Shown here: piece by piece, positions 9,682-19,896 of the stretch
Layout of the letters: every line of letters begins with the position of its first letter
Position numbering within the stretch: the first letter of the stretch is position 1
Assembly: GCA_013336225.1 (NCBI GenBank)
Contig: JAAXUC010000001.1
Coordinates: 99,949 to 163,948 of the forward strand
Length of the DNA stretch: 64,000 nucleotides
From: Candidatus Moraniibacteriota bacterium
GTDB lineage: Bacteria; Patescibacteriota; Minisyncoccia; Moranbacterales; GWC2-37-73
Direction of reading: 5' to 3'
Notes under the pieces: model-generated
The model's database searches: none
What the model saw: only the letters and a program-made list of their open reading frames with translations
What the model was told of the DNA's origin: nothing
Program-made: the position numbers and the translations under genes

Positions 9682-12600
9682 ATGGAAAATATTACTAAAG
9701 TGAGCGATTTCAATAGCGTCCGACTTCGATTGGCAAGTCCGGACGCAATCATGAATTGGTCTCACGGTGAAATTACCAAACCAGAAACAATCAATTATCG
9801 CACCCAGCGCTACGAAAAAGATGGTCTTTTTTGCGAAAAAATCTTTGGACCTTCCAAGGATTGGGAATGTTATTGTGGAAAATACAAGCGAATTCGCTAT
9901 AAGGGGATCGTTTGCGACAAGTGCGGAGTCGAAGTGACTCGCTCAATTGTTCGTCGCGAACGCATGGGACACATCAAATTGGCTGTGCCAGTTTCTCATA
10001 TTTGGTTTTTGCGAGGTGTGCCTTCAAAAATTGGCTCAGCTCTTGGGCTTGGAGTGCAAGATCTTGAAAAAGTCATCTATTTTTCAGCTTACATCATCAA
10101 GGAAGTGAACGAAGAAGTTCGCGACCGAGTGATTGAACAATTGGAACAGGAGTATAAGATGAAGCAAAAAGAAATCAAAGGTGGCAAAACTGACAACGAA
10201 CGTGGCGCAGAGGCTATGTTGGATGAACTTCGCGAGCAATATAAAGGTGTTAAAGATGATTTGAAGAACCTTAAGCCGATGCAAATTCTTTCAGAATTGG
10301 AATATTTCAATCTTTCATCTCGCTATGGCCAGGTTTTCTCTGCTGGAATTGGAGCTGAAGCAGTGCGCTCAGTTTTGGAATCAATGGATATTGAGAAAAT
10401 GATCAAATATGTGAAGAAGGAGCTGGAAAATGAAGATACTGCTGACAAGAAAAAGCTTTTCAAGCGCATGAAATTGTTCCAAGGATTCAAAAAAGCTGGT
10501 CTTAAGCTTGAATGGATGCTTCCGACAGCAATTCCAGTCATTCCACCAGATTTGCGACCAATGGTTGCTCTTGATGGAGGACGCTTTGCAACTTCCGATT
10601 TGAATGATCTTTATCGTCGCATCATCAACAGAAACAATCGTTTGAAGAAATTGATTGATCTTGGTGCGCCTGAAGTTATCACTCGAAATGAAAAACGCAT
10701 GCTGCAAGAAGCAGTGGATGCACTTTTCGACAACTCTGCTCGCAAAGGACAATCTTCTGTGGCTGCTTCAACTGGACAACGCAGGCCTTTGCGTTCATTG
10801 GCTGATGCACTTAAAGGAAAGCAAGGACGTTTCCGACAAAACTTGCTTGGAAAACGTGTGGATTATTCAGGACGATCTGTGATTGTGGTTGGACCGCAGC
10901 TTAAACTTCATCAAGCTGGTCTGCCGAAGAAAATGGCTTTGGAATTGTTCAAACCGTTTATCATCAACAAATTGATTGAAAAAGAATTTGCGCACAATGT
11001 TAGAACCGCCGGAAGAATGGTTGATGCTGAAGCGGAAGAAGCATATGAAATCTTGGATGAAATCATTGAACACCACTATGTGCTTTTGAATCGTGCTCCA
11101 ACCTTGCATCGTTTGTCTATTCAAGCTTTCCAACCCGTGTTGATTGAGGGAAAAGCTATTCAAGTTCATCCGATGGTTTGTGCAGCGTTCAATGCTGACT
11201 TCGATGGAGATCAAATGGCTGTGCATGTGCCATTGACTGACCAAGCTCGCGAAGAAAGTGCAAACATCATGCTTTCATCAAAGAACTTGCTCAAGCCTGC
11301 GTCTGGAGAACCGATTGCGGTGCCTTCCAAAGATATCGTGCTCGGAATATATTTCATCACTCACATCAAAGCTGGCGTGAAAGGTGAAGGAAAAATCTTT
11401 GCAACTGAGGAGGAAGCACTTTTGGCTTATCAACTCGGATATATTGCAATCAATGCAAAAATCAAAGTTGACATCGATGGCGCAATCCTGGAAACATCTG
11501 CGGGACGCATCATGCTTAATGACATTTTGCCAACCGAACTTCGTTACATCAATGAAGAAATGACGCAAAAAGAAATCAAGCAATTGGTAGCTAAGATGCT
11601 TCGCATGAAAGGGCAGGAAGACACTGCAGCGTTCATTGATCGCATCAAATCACTTGGATTCAAGATGGCATCACGCTCTGGTATTTCTTGGGGAATGGAC
11701 GATCTTAAACAATCTCCAGTGAAAAAGGAAGCTATGATCAAAGCTGAAGCTGAAGTTTCAACTATCAATGGACAATATGCAATGGGACTTTTGACTGAAG
11801 AAGAAAGAAAAAATCGTGTCATTGAAATTTGGAATCGTACCAAAAACTTTATTGCTGACGATGTGAAAGCATCTTTGGATAAGGAAGGTTCAGTGTATAC
11901 CATGGTTCATTCAAAAGCTCGAGGATCTGAATCAGTGGTGGTGCAGATGATGGGTATGAAAGGACTTGTGGCTGGACCGACTGGAGAAACGATTGAATTG
12001 CCAGTAAAAAGCTCCTTTAAAGAAGGTTTCAATGTGTTGGAATATTTCATTTCAACTCATGGAGCTCGAAAAGGTATGGCTGATACTGCTCTTCGAACTG
12101 CGACTGCTGGATATTTGACTCGTCGTCTTGTGGATGTGTCTCAAGATATCATTGTGCGCGAAGAAGATTGCGGCGATGTTGAAGGAGCATACATGTACAA
12201 AGAAGATTCTGATCGCGTTGGACAAAGCTTTGCAGTGCGTGTGGAAGGACGATATCTTGCAGAAGATGTGATTGATCCAAAAACCAAGAAAGTTATCGTG
12301 AAAGCTGGCGTGATGGCAACCAAGGAAGACGGTTTGGCTGTCGAGGCTGCCAACATTGAGAAAGTCAAGATTCGCAGCGTGGTGACTTGCAAAAGCAAAC
12401 GTGGAATCTGTCGACATTGCTATGGAATTGATCTTGGACGCAGCGAATTGGTTAAGATCGGACAAGCTGTTGGTGTGGTGGCTGCACAAGCTATCGGCGA
12501 GCCAGGAACACAGCTAACTATGCGTACTTTCCATACTGGAGGTGTTGCGGGTGGATCTGATATCACTCAAGGACTTCCACGTGTTGAAGAAATTTTTGAA

Positions 12601-13260
12601 TGTCGTCCACCGAAGGGAGAAGCGATGATTTCAGAAGTTGACGGAAAAATCACTGAAGTGGTGAGCGAAAACAAGAAAACTGTCACTGTGAAGGTTGAAA
12701 CCACTGAGGGAGAAATCGTTGAATATCAAGTTCCAGCTGAATCAACCTTGGTTGTTTCCAAGGGACAACTCATTGGAAAGGGAACACAATTGAATGAAGG
12801 TCACATCGATCTCAAAAAATTGTTTGAAACCATGGGGCAAGAAGCGATTCAACGCTATGTTATTGGTGAGGTTAAGGAAATTTATGCTGCGCAAGGTGAA
12901 CCTCTTCAAGACAAGCATGTTGAAGTCATCATTCGCCAAATGCTTTCTCGTGTGAAAGTTTTGACTGCAGGAGACACTGATCTTTTGCCTGGTGATATCG
13001 TTGAAAAAGATCAATTTGAAGAATCAAACAATGAAGCGATTGCTGCCAAGGAGGAAATTGCAACTGGTGAACAACTCATCATGGGAATCACAAAAGTTGC
13101 GCTTTCAACTGAATCATTCCTTTCAGCTGCATCCTTCCAGGAAACTGCTCGCGTTCTGATTAATGCTGCAGTAACCGGAAAAGATGATCGTTTGCGAGGA
13201 CTCAAAGAAAATGTGATTATCGGACGTCTGATTCCTGCTGGAACTGGATACCGAAAATAG
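9682..13260 (+). CDS. rpoC: DNA-directed RNA polymerase beta' subunit
   Basis: Zn-finger CYCGKYKRIRYKGIVCDKCGVEV and catalytic NADFDGDQMAVHVP. Start taken at ATG 9682 (MENITKV), preceded by GGAGAGGAGG; the tracked ORF starts at an upstream in-frame TTG. Confidence 0.95.
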   Translation: MENITKVSDFNSVRLRLASPDAIMNWSHGEITKPETINYRTQRYEKDGLFCEKIFGPSKDWECYCGKYKRIRYKGIVCDKCGVEVTRSIVRRERMGHIKLAVPVSHIWFLRGVPSKIGSALGLGVQDLEKVIYFSAYIIKEVNEEVRDRVIEQLEQEYKMKQKEIKGGKTDNERGAEAMLDELREQYKGVKDDLKNLKPMQILSELEYFNLSSRYGQVFSAGIGAEAVRSVLESMDIEKMIKYVKKELENEDTADKKKLFKRMKLFQGFKKAGLKLEWMLPTAIPVIPPDLRPMVALDGGRFATSDLNDLYRRIINRNNRLKKLIDLGAPEVITRNEKRMLQEAVDALFDNSARKGQSSVAASTGQRRPLRSLADALKGKQGRFRQNLLGKRVDYSGRSVIVVGPQLKLHQAGLPKKMALELFKPFIINKLIEKEFAHNVRTAGRMVDAEAEEAYEILDEIIEHHYVLLNRAPTLHRLSIQAFQPVLIEGKAIQVHPMVCAAFNADFDGDQMAVHVPLTDQAREESANIMLSSKNLLKPASGEPIAVPSKDIVLGIYFITHIKAGVKGEGKIFATEEEALLAYQLGYIAINAKIKVDIDGAILETSAGRIMLNDILPTELRYINEEMTQKEIKQLVAKMLRMKGQEDTAAFIDRIKSLGFKMASRSGISWGMDDLKQSPVKKEAMIKAEAEVSTINGQYAMGLLTEEERKNRVIEIWNRTKNFIADDVKASLDKEGSVYTMVHSKARGSESVVVQMMGMKGLVAGPTGETIELPVKSSFKEGFNVLEYFISTHGARKGMADTALRTATAGYLTRRLVDVSQDIIVREEDCGDVEGAYMYKEDSDRVGQSFAVRVEGRYLAEDVIDPKTKKVIVKAGVMATKEDGLAVEAANIEKVKIRSVVTCKSKRGICRHCYGIDLGRSELVKIGQAVGVVAAQAIGEPGTQLTMRTFHTGGVAGGSDITQGLPRVEEIFECRPPKGEAMISEVDGKITEVVSENKKTVTVKVETTEGEIVEYQVPAESTLVVSKGQLIGKGTQLNEGHIDLKKLFETMGQEAIQRYVIGEVKEIYAAQGEPLQDKHVEVIIRQMLSRVKVLTAGDTDLLPGDIVEKDQFEESNNEAIAAKEEIATGEQLIMGITKVALSTESFLSAASFQETARVLINAAVTGKDDRLRGLKENVIIGRLIPAGTGYRK

Positions 13261-13307
13261 TAAAAATAGTACAAAACTTTGCTCACTTTTGAGCAGTATG
13301 GAAACAT

Positions 13308-13340
13308 TAAACGTCTCACGAAAGTGAGGCGTTTTTTGTT
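13308..13340 (+). terminator. Terminator after rpoC
   Basis: CGTCTCACGAAAGTGAGGCG hairpin followed by TTTTTTGTTG. Confidence 0.6.
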
Positions 13341-13423
13341 GTCAAAATTTGTCATATCTTAGCCAAAATTAGTGGTTATCCACAGTGTTGTCTTGCAGTG
13401 ATAAAGCATCAGTGTTAGAATAA

Positions 13424-13436
13424 CATTGTTGAGAAA
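13424..13436. promoter_or_regulatory. Candidate operator palindrome TGTTA-gaa-TAACA upstream of lexA
   Basis: Perfect 5+3+5 inverted repeat about 95 nt upstream of the lexA ATG. No matching site found upstream of recA or the uvr genes, so low confidence. Confidence 0.2.
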
Positions 13437-13483
13437 AAAGTTTATGCAAATTTGAAAATAAAAATAATAAAAAAATAATCTGT

Positions 13484-13519
13484 TAATCCATTAATCCTTT
13501 AATTCATTAATTATTAATA
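13484..13519 (+). repeat. Five TTAAT pentamers at 8-nt periodicity directly upstream of the lexA start
   Basis: gTTAATccaTTAATcctTTAATtcaTTAATtaTTAATaaa, ending 10 nt before the ATG. Confidence 0.5.
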
Positions 13520-13529
13520 AAAAAATAAT

Positions 13530-14192
13530 ATGCAACTAACCGCCAAACAAAAAAACATTCTCGAATCAATTCGAGAACTCACCATGCAAAAAGGTGAAAA
13601 ACCAACCAGCTATCGTGTGTGCAAGCATCTTGTTTCGCAAGGAGCAAAGGAGAGCATGAAAAGCGTGATGCAAGTGATTGAATCACTTGAAAAAAAGGAA
13701 CTCATTACACGCGATGACAACAAGAAAATTTATTTGGTGGAAAACGACAGCTATGGCGATGCTCAAAATGTCATGTCCATCCCGCTTTATGGTTTGGCTT
13801 CTTGCGGCGAAGCGTTGGCTTATGCTGATGACAGCAGCACTGATGATTTTTTGCAACTTTCTCGCAGCCTTTTCCATCGCGCTGAGCCGGAAAAACTTTT
13901 TGCAGTCAAAGCGCTTGGAGACTCGATGAACAAAGAGGGAATCGGCGATGGCGATTATGTCATTTTTGAAAAAGCTGAAGGGCAAAGTGATTTTGAGGGA
14001 AAAATTGTGGTGGCCGTGATCAATGGCATGGCAACCATCAAGAGATATAAGAATGTTGGCAAAGGAATCATCGGACTTTTTCCGCATTCCACCAATGAGA
14101 CTCATCATCCAATTTATTTGTCAGAAGTCGACGTGATTTTTGTGGCTGGAATTTTCAAAAAAGTTTTGCCCGTAAAATTTATAAGCTTATAA
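13530..14192 (+). CDS. lexA: LexA-like repressor (HTH + S24 peptidase)
   Basis: N-terminal wHTH; C-terminal S24 catalytic Ser (GDSM) and Lys (IKRYK); Ala-Gly-type cleavage region LASCGEALAY. Confidence 0.8.
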   Translation: MQLTAKQKNILESIRELTMQKGEKPTSYRVCKHLVSQGAKESMKSVMQVIESLEKKELITRDDNKKIYLVENDSYGDAQNVMSIPLYGLASCGEALAYADDSSTDDFLQLSRSLFHRAEPEKLFAVKALGDSMNKEGIGDGDYVIFEKAEGQSDFEGKIVVAVINGMATIKRYKNVGKGIIGLFPHSTNETHHPIYLSEVDVIFVAGIFKKVLPVKFISL

Positions 14193-14326
14193 GACAACAG
14201 TAATCTGTCTTTATCGTCATACGTTTTGTTTTTAGATTATTGAAATAAAAGTAACAGTCATCAGTTAATCGGTCATTAGTCATCAATGTGAGCAAGAAGA
14301 TGATTGATGACAAATGACAGATTGCT

Positions 14327-14644
14327 ATGGATTTATTTATGGACATCATAACCACAATTGAATGTTTGATGATAACGGCAATTGTATTGTATCTGCTTGG
14401 AATTGGAGCGGTGTGGATCTATGAGTTCAAGAAAAGCGCTTTGTATCGTCAGATGAAGCAAGAGTTGGAGCTACTGGAAAGATTTAACCTTAGCAGAGCC
14501 GTAATTCACGCCAAATCCTACAGAATTAATGAAAATTATCGTAAAAATTCCTTGAAATTGGAAAGAGTGCAGCAATTTATTTTAAAAAATGTGTTGTTAA
14601 TAGGCAGTTTTAATCGTTTAGCGTCAGCACCTAATCAAAAGTAA
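14327..14644 (+). CDS. Hypothetical membrane protein
   Basis: 105-aa ORF with one N-terminal TM helix; no family recognised. Confidence 0.35.
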   Translation: MDLFMDIITTIECLMITAIVLYLLGIGAVWIYEFKKSALYRQMKQELELLERFNLSRAVIHAKSYRINENYRKNSLKLERVQQFILKNVLLIGSFNRLASAPNQK

Positions 14645-14858
14645 GAAAACCGAATGGGCTGCCTGATGACAAGCGTGGTACTTTAAAAACAAAATGTGGA
14701 AATAAGCTGACTTATGTGCTAGAATAAGTGTATTATGCTGATTGAATGATGATTTTTTTCCTCATTTAAATGGCTAATTTCCGAGAGGACTGAATAATAA
14801 TTACATTTATTGGTGAGGTTATTTTGAGTAAATCTCAGCTTAATTTTCACTGCTTAAT

Positions 14859-17228
14859 ATGGGAAGAAGAAAAAAACAACAAGAGGAAGTTGAAAAAGAA
14901 GAATCAAAACCTGTTATTCATGGAGATGCGAAACGTTCCGTGGTGGCAATTTTTTTGTTCACTTTGGCTGTATTGTTTATCTTGGGATTTTTGTCTGACA
15001 AGAAAATTGTTGATGCAGGAGCAATAGGAGCACTTTTGAATTCTGTTGCGGGCTGGTTGTTTGGAGTTGGAAAATATATTTCTCCAATCGTACTGATCAT
15101 TGCTGGAATTATTTTGCTTTTTCGCAAAGAGACTTCATTTTATGTTTCAAAGCTTATCGGACTCTCGATTGCTTTTGCCGGTGCACTTGGCTTGATTCAT
15201 ATCCTATTTTATGATCCTGAAAAAATGCTGAAGATTGCACAACAAGGAGAAGGGGGTGGTTTTTTGGGATATGTCTTTGCGTTTATGCTGCTCAAGCTCG
15301 CTGGTAAAATTGGAGGTTCAGTGATTTTGTTTGCGTTATTGTCAATCGGTGTTATCGTGGCTTTCAATTTTTCCTTGGTTGCTGTGATTGAAAAATTCTT
15401 CAGAGAAAAAATCAAACAAGAAGAATCTGAAGAAGATGAAGAGGATCATGAGCAGGAATCAGAACCAGAGGAAGAGGAAGAGGCTGTGCTGGAAGATCCA
15501 ACGGTGGAAGTCGAAAATGTTCAAGAGGAGCTGATTGAAGAGTCAGAACAGGAAGTGGAAAAAGAGGATCGCATGAATGATGTCCTGAAAAAAGCTGCTG
15601 CCTGGATGCCTAAAGGAAAAGGGAATGGCAAATTGGCAGAGACAAAAAAGGATCAGTCTGATCTTGTTTGGAAATTACCGCCGATTGAATTGCTCAATAA
15701 TGAAATTGAAAAAGCTCAAGGTGGAGATGTGCAAAAAAATGCCAAAATAATTCAAGACACCTTGCATAACTTTGGAATTGAAGTTGAATTGGGAGAGATA
15801 AAAACTGGTCCGACTGTCACTCAATATAGTTTCCGTCCTGCAGTCGGGGTGAAATTGAGCAGAATCACCACGCTCAGCAGTGATTTGGCTCTGCGTTTGG
15901 CAGCACGGCAAGTGCGCATTGAAGCACCAATCCCAGGTAAATCATTGGTTGGAATTGAAGTTCCAAACAAAACAAATGCGGTCATCAGATTGCCAGAACT
16001 TTTGCAGGCGTTGGAATTTGAAAACAGAAAATCAAATTTATTGTTAGCTCTGGGCAAAGATGTTAGTGGGAATTACATTTTTGGAGACTTGAAAAAAATG
16101 CCTCACTTATTGATTGCTGGTTCAACTGGTAGTGGAAAGAGTGTTTGCATCAACACCATTTTGCTTTCAATGTTATATCAAAATTCTCCAGACGAATTGA
16201 AGCTCATCCTGGTTGATCCTAAGCGAGTGGAACTCACTCCATATAATGGAATTCCACATTTGCTGACGGATGTGATCGTGGAGAATGGAAAGGTTCTCAG
16301 TGCGCTGAAATGGGCAATTGGTGAAATGGAGCGACGTTATAAACTGTTGCAAGGTGTTGGCTCAAAAGATATCGCTTCTTTCAATAAGAAGGTTGAAGGT
16401 GGCGAGAAGCTTAAAAAAGTTGATACTGAAACCGGTGAGATTACTGAAGAGGAAATCACTAAACTTCCATTTATTGTTATTGTGATTGATGAACTGGCTG
16501 ATTTGATGGCATCACATGGAAAAGAAGTTGAAGGTGTGATCATTCGCTTGGCGCAAATGGCTCGTGCGGTGGGAATTCATTTGATTCTCAGTACGCAAAA
16601 ACCAATCGTCACTGTCATTACAAGTTTGATCAAATCAAACATTCCAACGCGGGTGGCATTTCGAGTTCCATCCTTAATGGATTCACGCACAATTTTGGAT
16701 GCCAGTGGTGCAGAAAAACTCTTGGGAAATGGTGATATGCTCTTCTCTGCTGCAGAAGCTGTTGATCTGCGCAGAGTGCAGGGTGTGTTTGTTTCAGAAG
16801 AGGAAATCAAGAGAGTGGTTGAATTCATTAAGAAACAAAAGTTTGAAAAGATTGAAGATGATCTTGAAGACGAAATTGTTTCAGAGGAAAAAGTTCAAGG
16901 CAATAAAAATGGTGAAGTTAAGACTGTGCAATACAGCGATAGGATTGATTTCGATGCAATCGTGGCTAATGAACAAGAAGACGCGCGCTATGATGAAGCC
17001 AAGCAAGTCGTGATTCAAGCAGGTAAGGCATCTTCATCGCTTTTGCAAAGAAGATTGCGCATTGGATATTCCAGAGCCGCCAGCTTGATTGACATGTTGG
17101 AGGAGCGCGGTATCATTGGCGAAGCAGATGGAGCAAAGCCCAGGGAAATCCTTGTTTCCAGGGATGATCAGCCAGCATATGAGGATCCATCAGCAGATCA
17201 AATAGCGAGAGATAAATGGCAAATGTAA
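14859..17228 (+). CDS. ftsK: DNA translocase FtsK/SpoIIIE
   Basis: N-terminal polytopic membrane domain, acidic linker, Walker A GSTGSGKS, C-terminal gamma (winged-helix) domain LLQRRLRIGYSRAASLIDMLEERGIIG. Confidence 0.9.
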   Translation: MGRRKKQQEEVEKEESKPVIHGDAKRSVVAIFLFTLAVLFILGFLSDKKIVDAGAIGALLNSVAGWLFGVGKYISPIVLIIAGIILLFRKETSFYVSKLIGLSIAFAGALGLIHILFYDPEKMLKIAQQGEGGGFLGYVFAFMLLKLAGKIGGSVILFALLSIGVIVAFNFSLVAVIEKFFREKIKQEESEEDEEDHEQESEPEEEEEAVLEDPTVEVENVQEELIEESEQEVEKEDRMNDVLKKAAAWMPKGKGNGKLAETKKDQSDLVWKLPPIELLNNEIEKAQGGDVQKNAKIIQDTLHNFGIEVELGEIKTGPTVTQYSFRPAVGVKLSRITTLSSDLALRLAARQVRIEAPIPGKSLVGIEVPNKTNAVIRLPELLQALEFENRKSNLLLALGKDVSGNYIFGDLKKMPHLLIAGSTGSGKSVCINTILLSMLYQNSPDELKLILVDPKRVELTPYNGIPHLLTDVIVENGKVLSALKWAIGEMERRYKLLQGVGSKDIASFNKKVEGGEKLKKVDTETGEITEEEITKLPFIVIVIDELADLMASHGKEVEGVIIRLAQMARAVGIHLILSTQKPIVTVITSLIKSNIPTRVAFRVPSLMDSRTILDASGAEKLLGNGDMLFSAAEAVDLRRVQGVFVSEEEIKRVVEFIKKQKFEKIEDDLEDEIVSEEKVQGNKNGEVKTVQYSDRIDFDAIVANEQEDARYDEAKQVVIQAGKASSSLLQRRLRIGYSRAASLIDMLEERGIIGEADGAKPREILVSRDDQPAYEDPSADQIARDKWQM

Positions 17229-17232
17229 TTTC

Positions 17233-18237
17233 ATGGTTCGATTCACCACCAAAAAAATTGATTCATTGACGCTAGGCGAGCGCATGAAAAAACTCAGAGA
17301 TGAGCGCAGACTTAGTCTGAGTGAGGTCTCCAAAGGCACCAAGATTCAGGTGAAATATTTGGAATGCCTTGAAGATGGCGTTTATTTGAAATTGCCTGCC
17401 GATGTATATGTGAAAGGCTTCCTGCGAAGTTATGCTATTTTTATGGGGCTTAATGAACTGGCCCTGATAAAGCAGTTTGAAAGAGAGAAGGGGATTCATA
17501 AAAACATAAAAAAAGTCGCAGACAATGAAGGATCGACTGAGCCAATAAAATTCTCCAGCATCGTGATCACGCCAAAGACGATTATTGTCTCAGCGATCTT
17601 ATTGGTTGTCGTTTCGAGCTTCATCTATCTTTATATGGAAGTGAATAATTTCGTTTCTAAGCCACGCTTAAGCATTAACACGCCAGTTGATGGAACAACC
17701 GTCACTGGAAGCTCAACGCATGTCACAGGCATAGCTGAAAAGGATGCTTTCGTGTTCATTAATGATCAGCCAGTATTGGTCAGTGAAAAAGGCGAGTTCA
17801 GTGAAGATGTTGGATTGAAGTCAGGACTCAATGTCATCAATGTGAAAGCACGCAGTAAATTTGACAAGGAGGATATGAAAGCAGTTTCAGTCAATGCCGT
17901 GTTTGAAGATGATGGTGCCTCTCAAGCAGCAAATGATGTTCCAGCTCAAAATGATTCAGCAGTGGCTCCTGAATCGATAAAATTGGATTTATATGTAAAT
18001 CCAAATCCAACCTGGATGTCAGTTGAGGCTGATGGAAATTTGGTTTATAGCGGAGTGTTGCTTCCACAATCAGTGCAAACATTTAATGCTAAAGAAAAAA
18101 TTAGCATAACTTCTGGAAAAGGCAGTGAAACTTTCATTAAAATAAATGGAAAAGATCTGGGAGTTTTAAGCAGCGATAATGGTGTCGTCAGGGACATTAT
18201 GTACGACGCAAAGGGAAAAGTTGATAGTGCTAAGTAA
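17233..18237 (+). CDS. RodZ-like HTH (XRE) membrane protein
   Basis: N-terminal XRE-type HTH (LGERMKKLRDERRLSLSEVSKGT...VKYLECLEDG) followed by a TM helix and a periplasmic domain, as in RodZ. Confidence 0.5.
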   Translation: MVRFTTKKIDSLTLGERMKKLRDERRLSLSEVSKGTKIQVKYLECLEDGVYLKLPADVYVKGFLRSYAIFMGLNELALIKQFEREKGIHKNIKKVADNEGSTEPIKFSSIVITPKTIIVSAILLVVVSSFIYLYMEVNNFVSKPRLSINTPVDGTTVTGSSTHVTGIAEKDAFVFINDQPVLVSEKGEFSEDVGLKSGLNVINVKARSKFDKEDMKAVSVNAVFEDDGASQAANDVPAQNDSAVAPESIKLDLYVNPNPTWMSVEADGNLVYSGVLLPQSVQTFNAKEKISITSGKGSETFIKINGKDLGVLSSDNGVVRDIMYDAKGKVDSAK

Positions 18238-18393
18238 AAAAGAAAATAACATAAATCGTAAGCACTCTGTGCTTGAAATTAAAATCTAAAAAAGTTGATT
18301 AGTTGCGTAGTTGCTTGGTTGATTAGGAAAAAATAAATTATCTTTTAAATCCTGTTTAACTAAAAAACTAATTAACTATTTAATTAAAAATAT

Positions 18394-19440
18394 ATGGCTT
18401 ACGCAGCAAAAGAAAAAAAGGCTCCAAAAGAAGCGGTGGAGGAAATAAAGAATGCAGGGAAAAAAGAGATTGATAAATTGGTGGAGGACATGCAGGAAAA
18501 GTTTGGGGAAGGGATGCTCATGAAATTGGGAGATGTGAAAAGAGTTGATATTGAGGCAATTCCGACCGGTTCAATTTCGCTGGACATTGCTACTGGAATT
18601 GGTGGCATGCCACGTGGGCGTATTGTGGAAATCTATGGGCCGGAGTCTTCAGGAAAAACCACGCTGACCTTGCACGTGGTGGCCAACGCTCAGAAAATGG
18701 GTGGCACAGCAGCATTTGTGGATGCCGAACATGCGCTTGATCCTGAATATGCCAAGAAAATTGGGGTGGATATTAAGAACTTGTTAGTATCGCAACCTGA
18801 CAACGGCGAGCAGGCACTGGACATTGTGGAGTCGTTGGTTCGCTCAGGAGTGGTGGATGTGGTGGTGGTGGACTCAGTTGCAGCCCTTGTGCCAAAAGCT
18901 GAAATTGAAGGCGAAATGGGCGACCAGCATGTTGGACGTCAAGCACGTCTCATGTCTCAAGCTCTGCGAAAATTGACAGCGATCATTGCACGCTCCAACA
19001 CGACAGTTATTTTCATCAATCAGATTCGCATGAAGATTGGAGTGATGTTTGGCAATCCCGAAACGACCACTGGAGGACAAGCGCTCAAATTTTATTCTTC
19101 AGTGCGTGTGGAAGTTCGGCGCGCTGCGCAAATCAAAAAAGGTGAGGATGTGGTTGGAAATCGCGTGAAAGTTAAGATTGTGAAAAACAAAGTCGCCCCA
19201 CCATTTAAAACTGCTGAATTTGACATCATGTATAACGAAGGAATCTCATTGGCTGGAGACCTCTTGGATGCCGGGGTGAAATTTGAAGTGGTGAAAAAAT
19301 CTGGCAATTCACTTTCATATGGTGAAACTAAATTGGGAGCTGGCAGGGAAAGTGCCAAAGCATTTTTGCGTGAAGACAAGAAAATTGCTGAGAAAATTTT
19401 CAAAGAAATTGCTGAGAAAGCAAAATTGGTCGTGCTGTAA
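18394..19440 (+). CDS. recA: Recombinase RecA
   Basis: [10 protein letters not shown] Walker A; canonical RecA blocks ([38 protein letters not shown]). Confidence 0.97.
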   Translation: MAYAAKEKKAPKEAVEEIKNAGKKEIDKLVEDMQEKFGEGMLMKLGDVKRVDIEAIPTGSISLDIATGIGGMPRGRIVEIYGPESSGKTTLTLHVVANAQKMGGTAAFVDAEHALDPEYAKKIGVDIKNLLVSQPDNGEQALDIVESLVRSGVVDVVVVDSVAALVPKAEIEGEMGDQHVGRQARLMSQALRKLTAIIARSNTTVIFINQIRMKIGVMFGNPETTTGGQALKFYSSVRVEVRRAAQIKKGEDVVGNRVKVKIVKNKVAPPFKTAEFDIMYNEGISLAGDLLDAGVKFEVVKKSGNSLSYGETKLGAGRESAKAFLREDKKIAEKIFKEIAEKAKLVVL

Positions 19441-19655
19441 TTTGGATGCCATTGAATTTTGTGCAATAATAGAAACATCCGGATCTGGTAGAAATCCCAA
19501 ACTTGACTTTTGTCTAAAAAGGGTGTATACTGTATCTATAGAGATGAGAACCGGGTGATTAATCGCCGCGGTTCTTTTCTTTTAAAAGACAATTTAATAA
19601 CTAATTAACCCATTAATCAATTTTTGCTCGGGGGAGCAAGATAAAACAAAAACGT

Positions 19656-19799
19656 ATGCCAACAAAAACACACAAATGTGTGCATTGCGCAAAAAGAGCT
19701 CACCATGAAGCTCAGCAAGAAGAATTTAATTTCGCAGTGCTGATCGCACTTGTCCCTTTAATGGTCTTCACCTTATTCGGACAAATTGGACTCTTCTAA
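19656..19799 (+). CDS. Possible 47-aa small membrane protein (not in ORF track)
   Basis: ATG...TAA ORF MPTKTHKCVHCAKRAHHEAQQEEFNFAVLIALVPLMVFTLFGQIGLF, with a perfect terminator hairpin immediately downstream. Confidence 0.2.
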   Translation: MPTKTHKCVHCAKRAHHEAQQEEFNFAVLIALVPLMVFTLFGQIGLF

Positions 19800-19805
19800 A
19801 TCCAA

Positions 19806-19840
19806 ATTGAAATCCTACTTTTTTAGTAGGATTTTTTTTG
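19806..19840 (+). terminator. Terminator hairpin (plus strand)
   Basis: AAATCCTACTTTTTTAGTAGGATTTTTTTTG. Confidence 0.55.
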
Positions 19841-19845
19841 TAACA

Positions 19846-19875
19846 AAAAACCATCCTTGCGGATGGTTTTTATGA
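19846..19875 (-). terminator. Terminator for efp (minus strand)
   Basis: AAAAACCATCCGCAAGGATGGTTTTTT on the minus strand, directly after the efp stop. Confidence 0.6.
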
Positions 19876-19896
19876 TTGCGTATTTTTTTCTAAAAG

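Noticed and set aside
6562-13355. Numerous 60-145-aa antisense or out-of-frame ORFs inside rpoB and rpoC (for example 7876-8217, 10381-10752, 12052-12489)
   Set aside because: They fall entirely inside highly conserved RNA polymerase coding sequence on the opposite strand or in another frame. No independent signals support them.
13424-13436. TGTTA-N3-TAACA as a general SOS box
   Set aside because: It was kept only as a low-confidence feature. No comparable palindrome was found upstream of recA, uvrB, either uvrA, or the YdjM-like gene, so a regulon-wide operator is not supported by this window.
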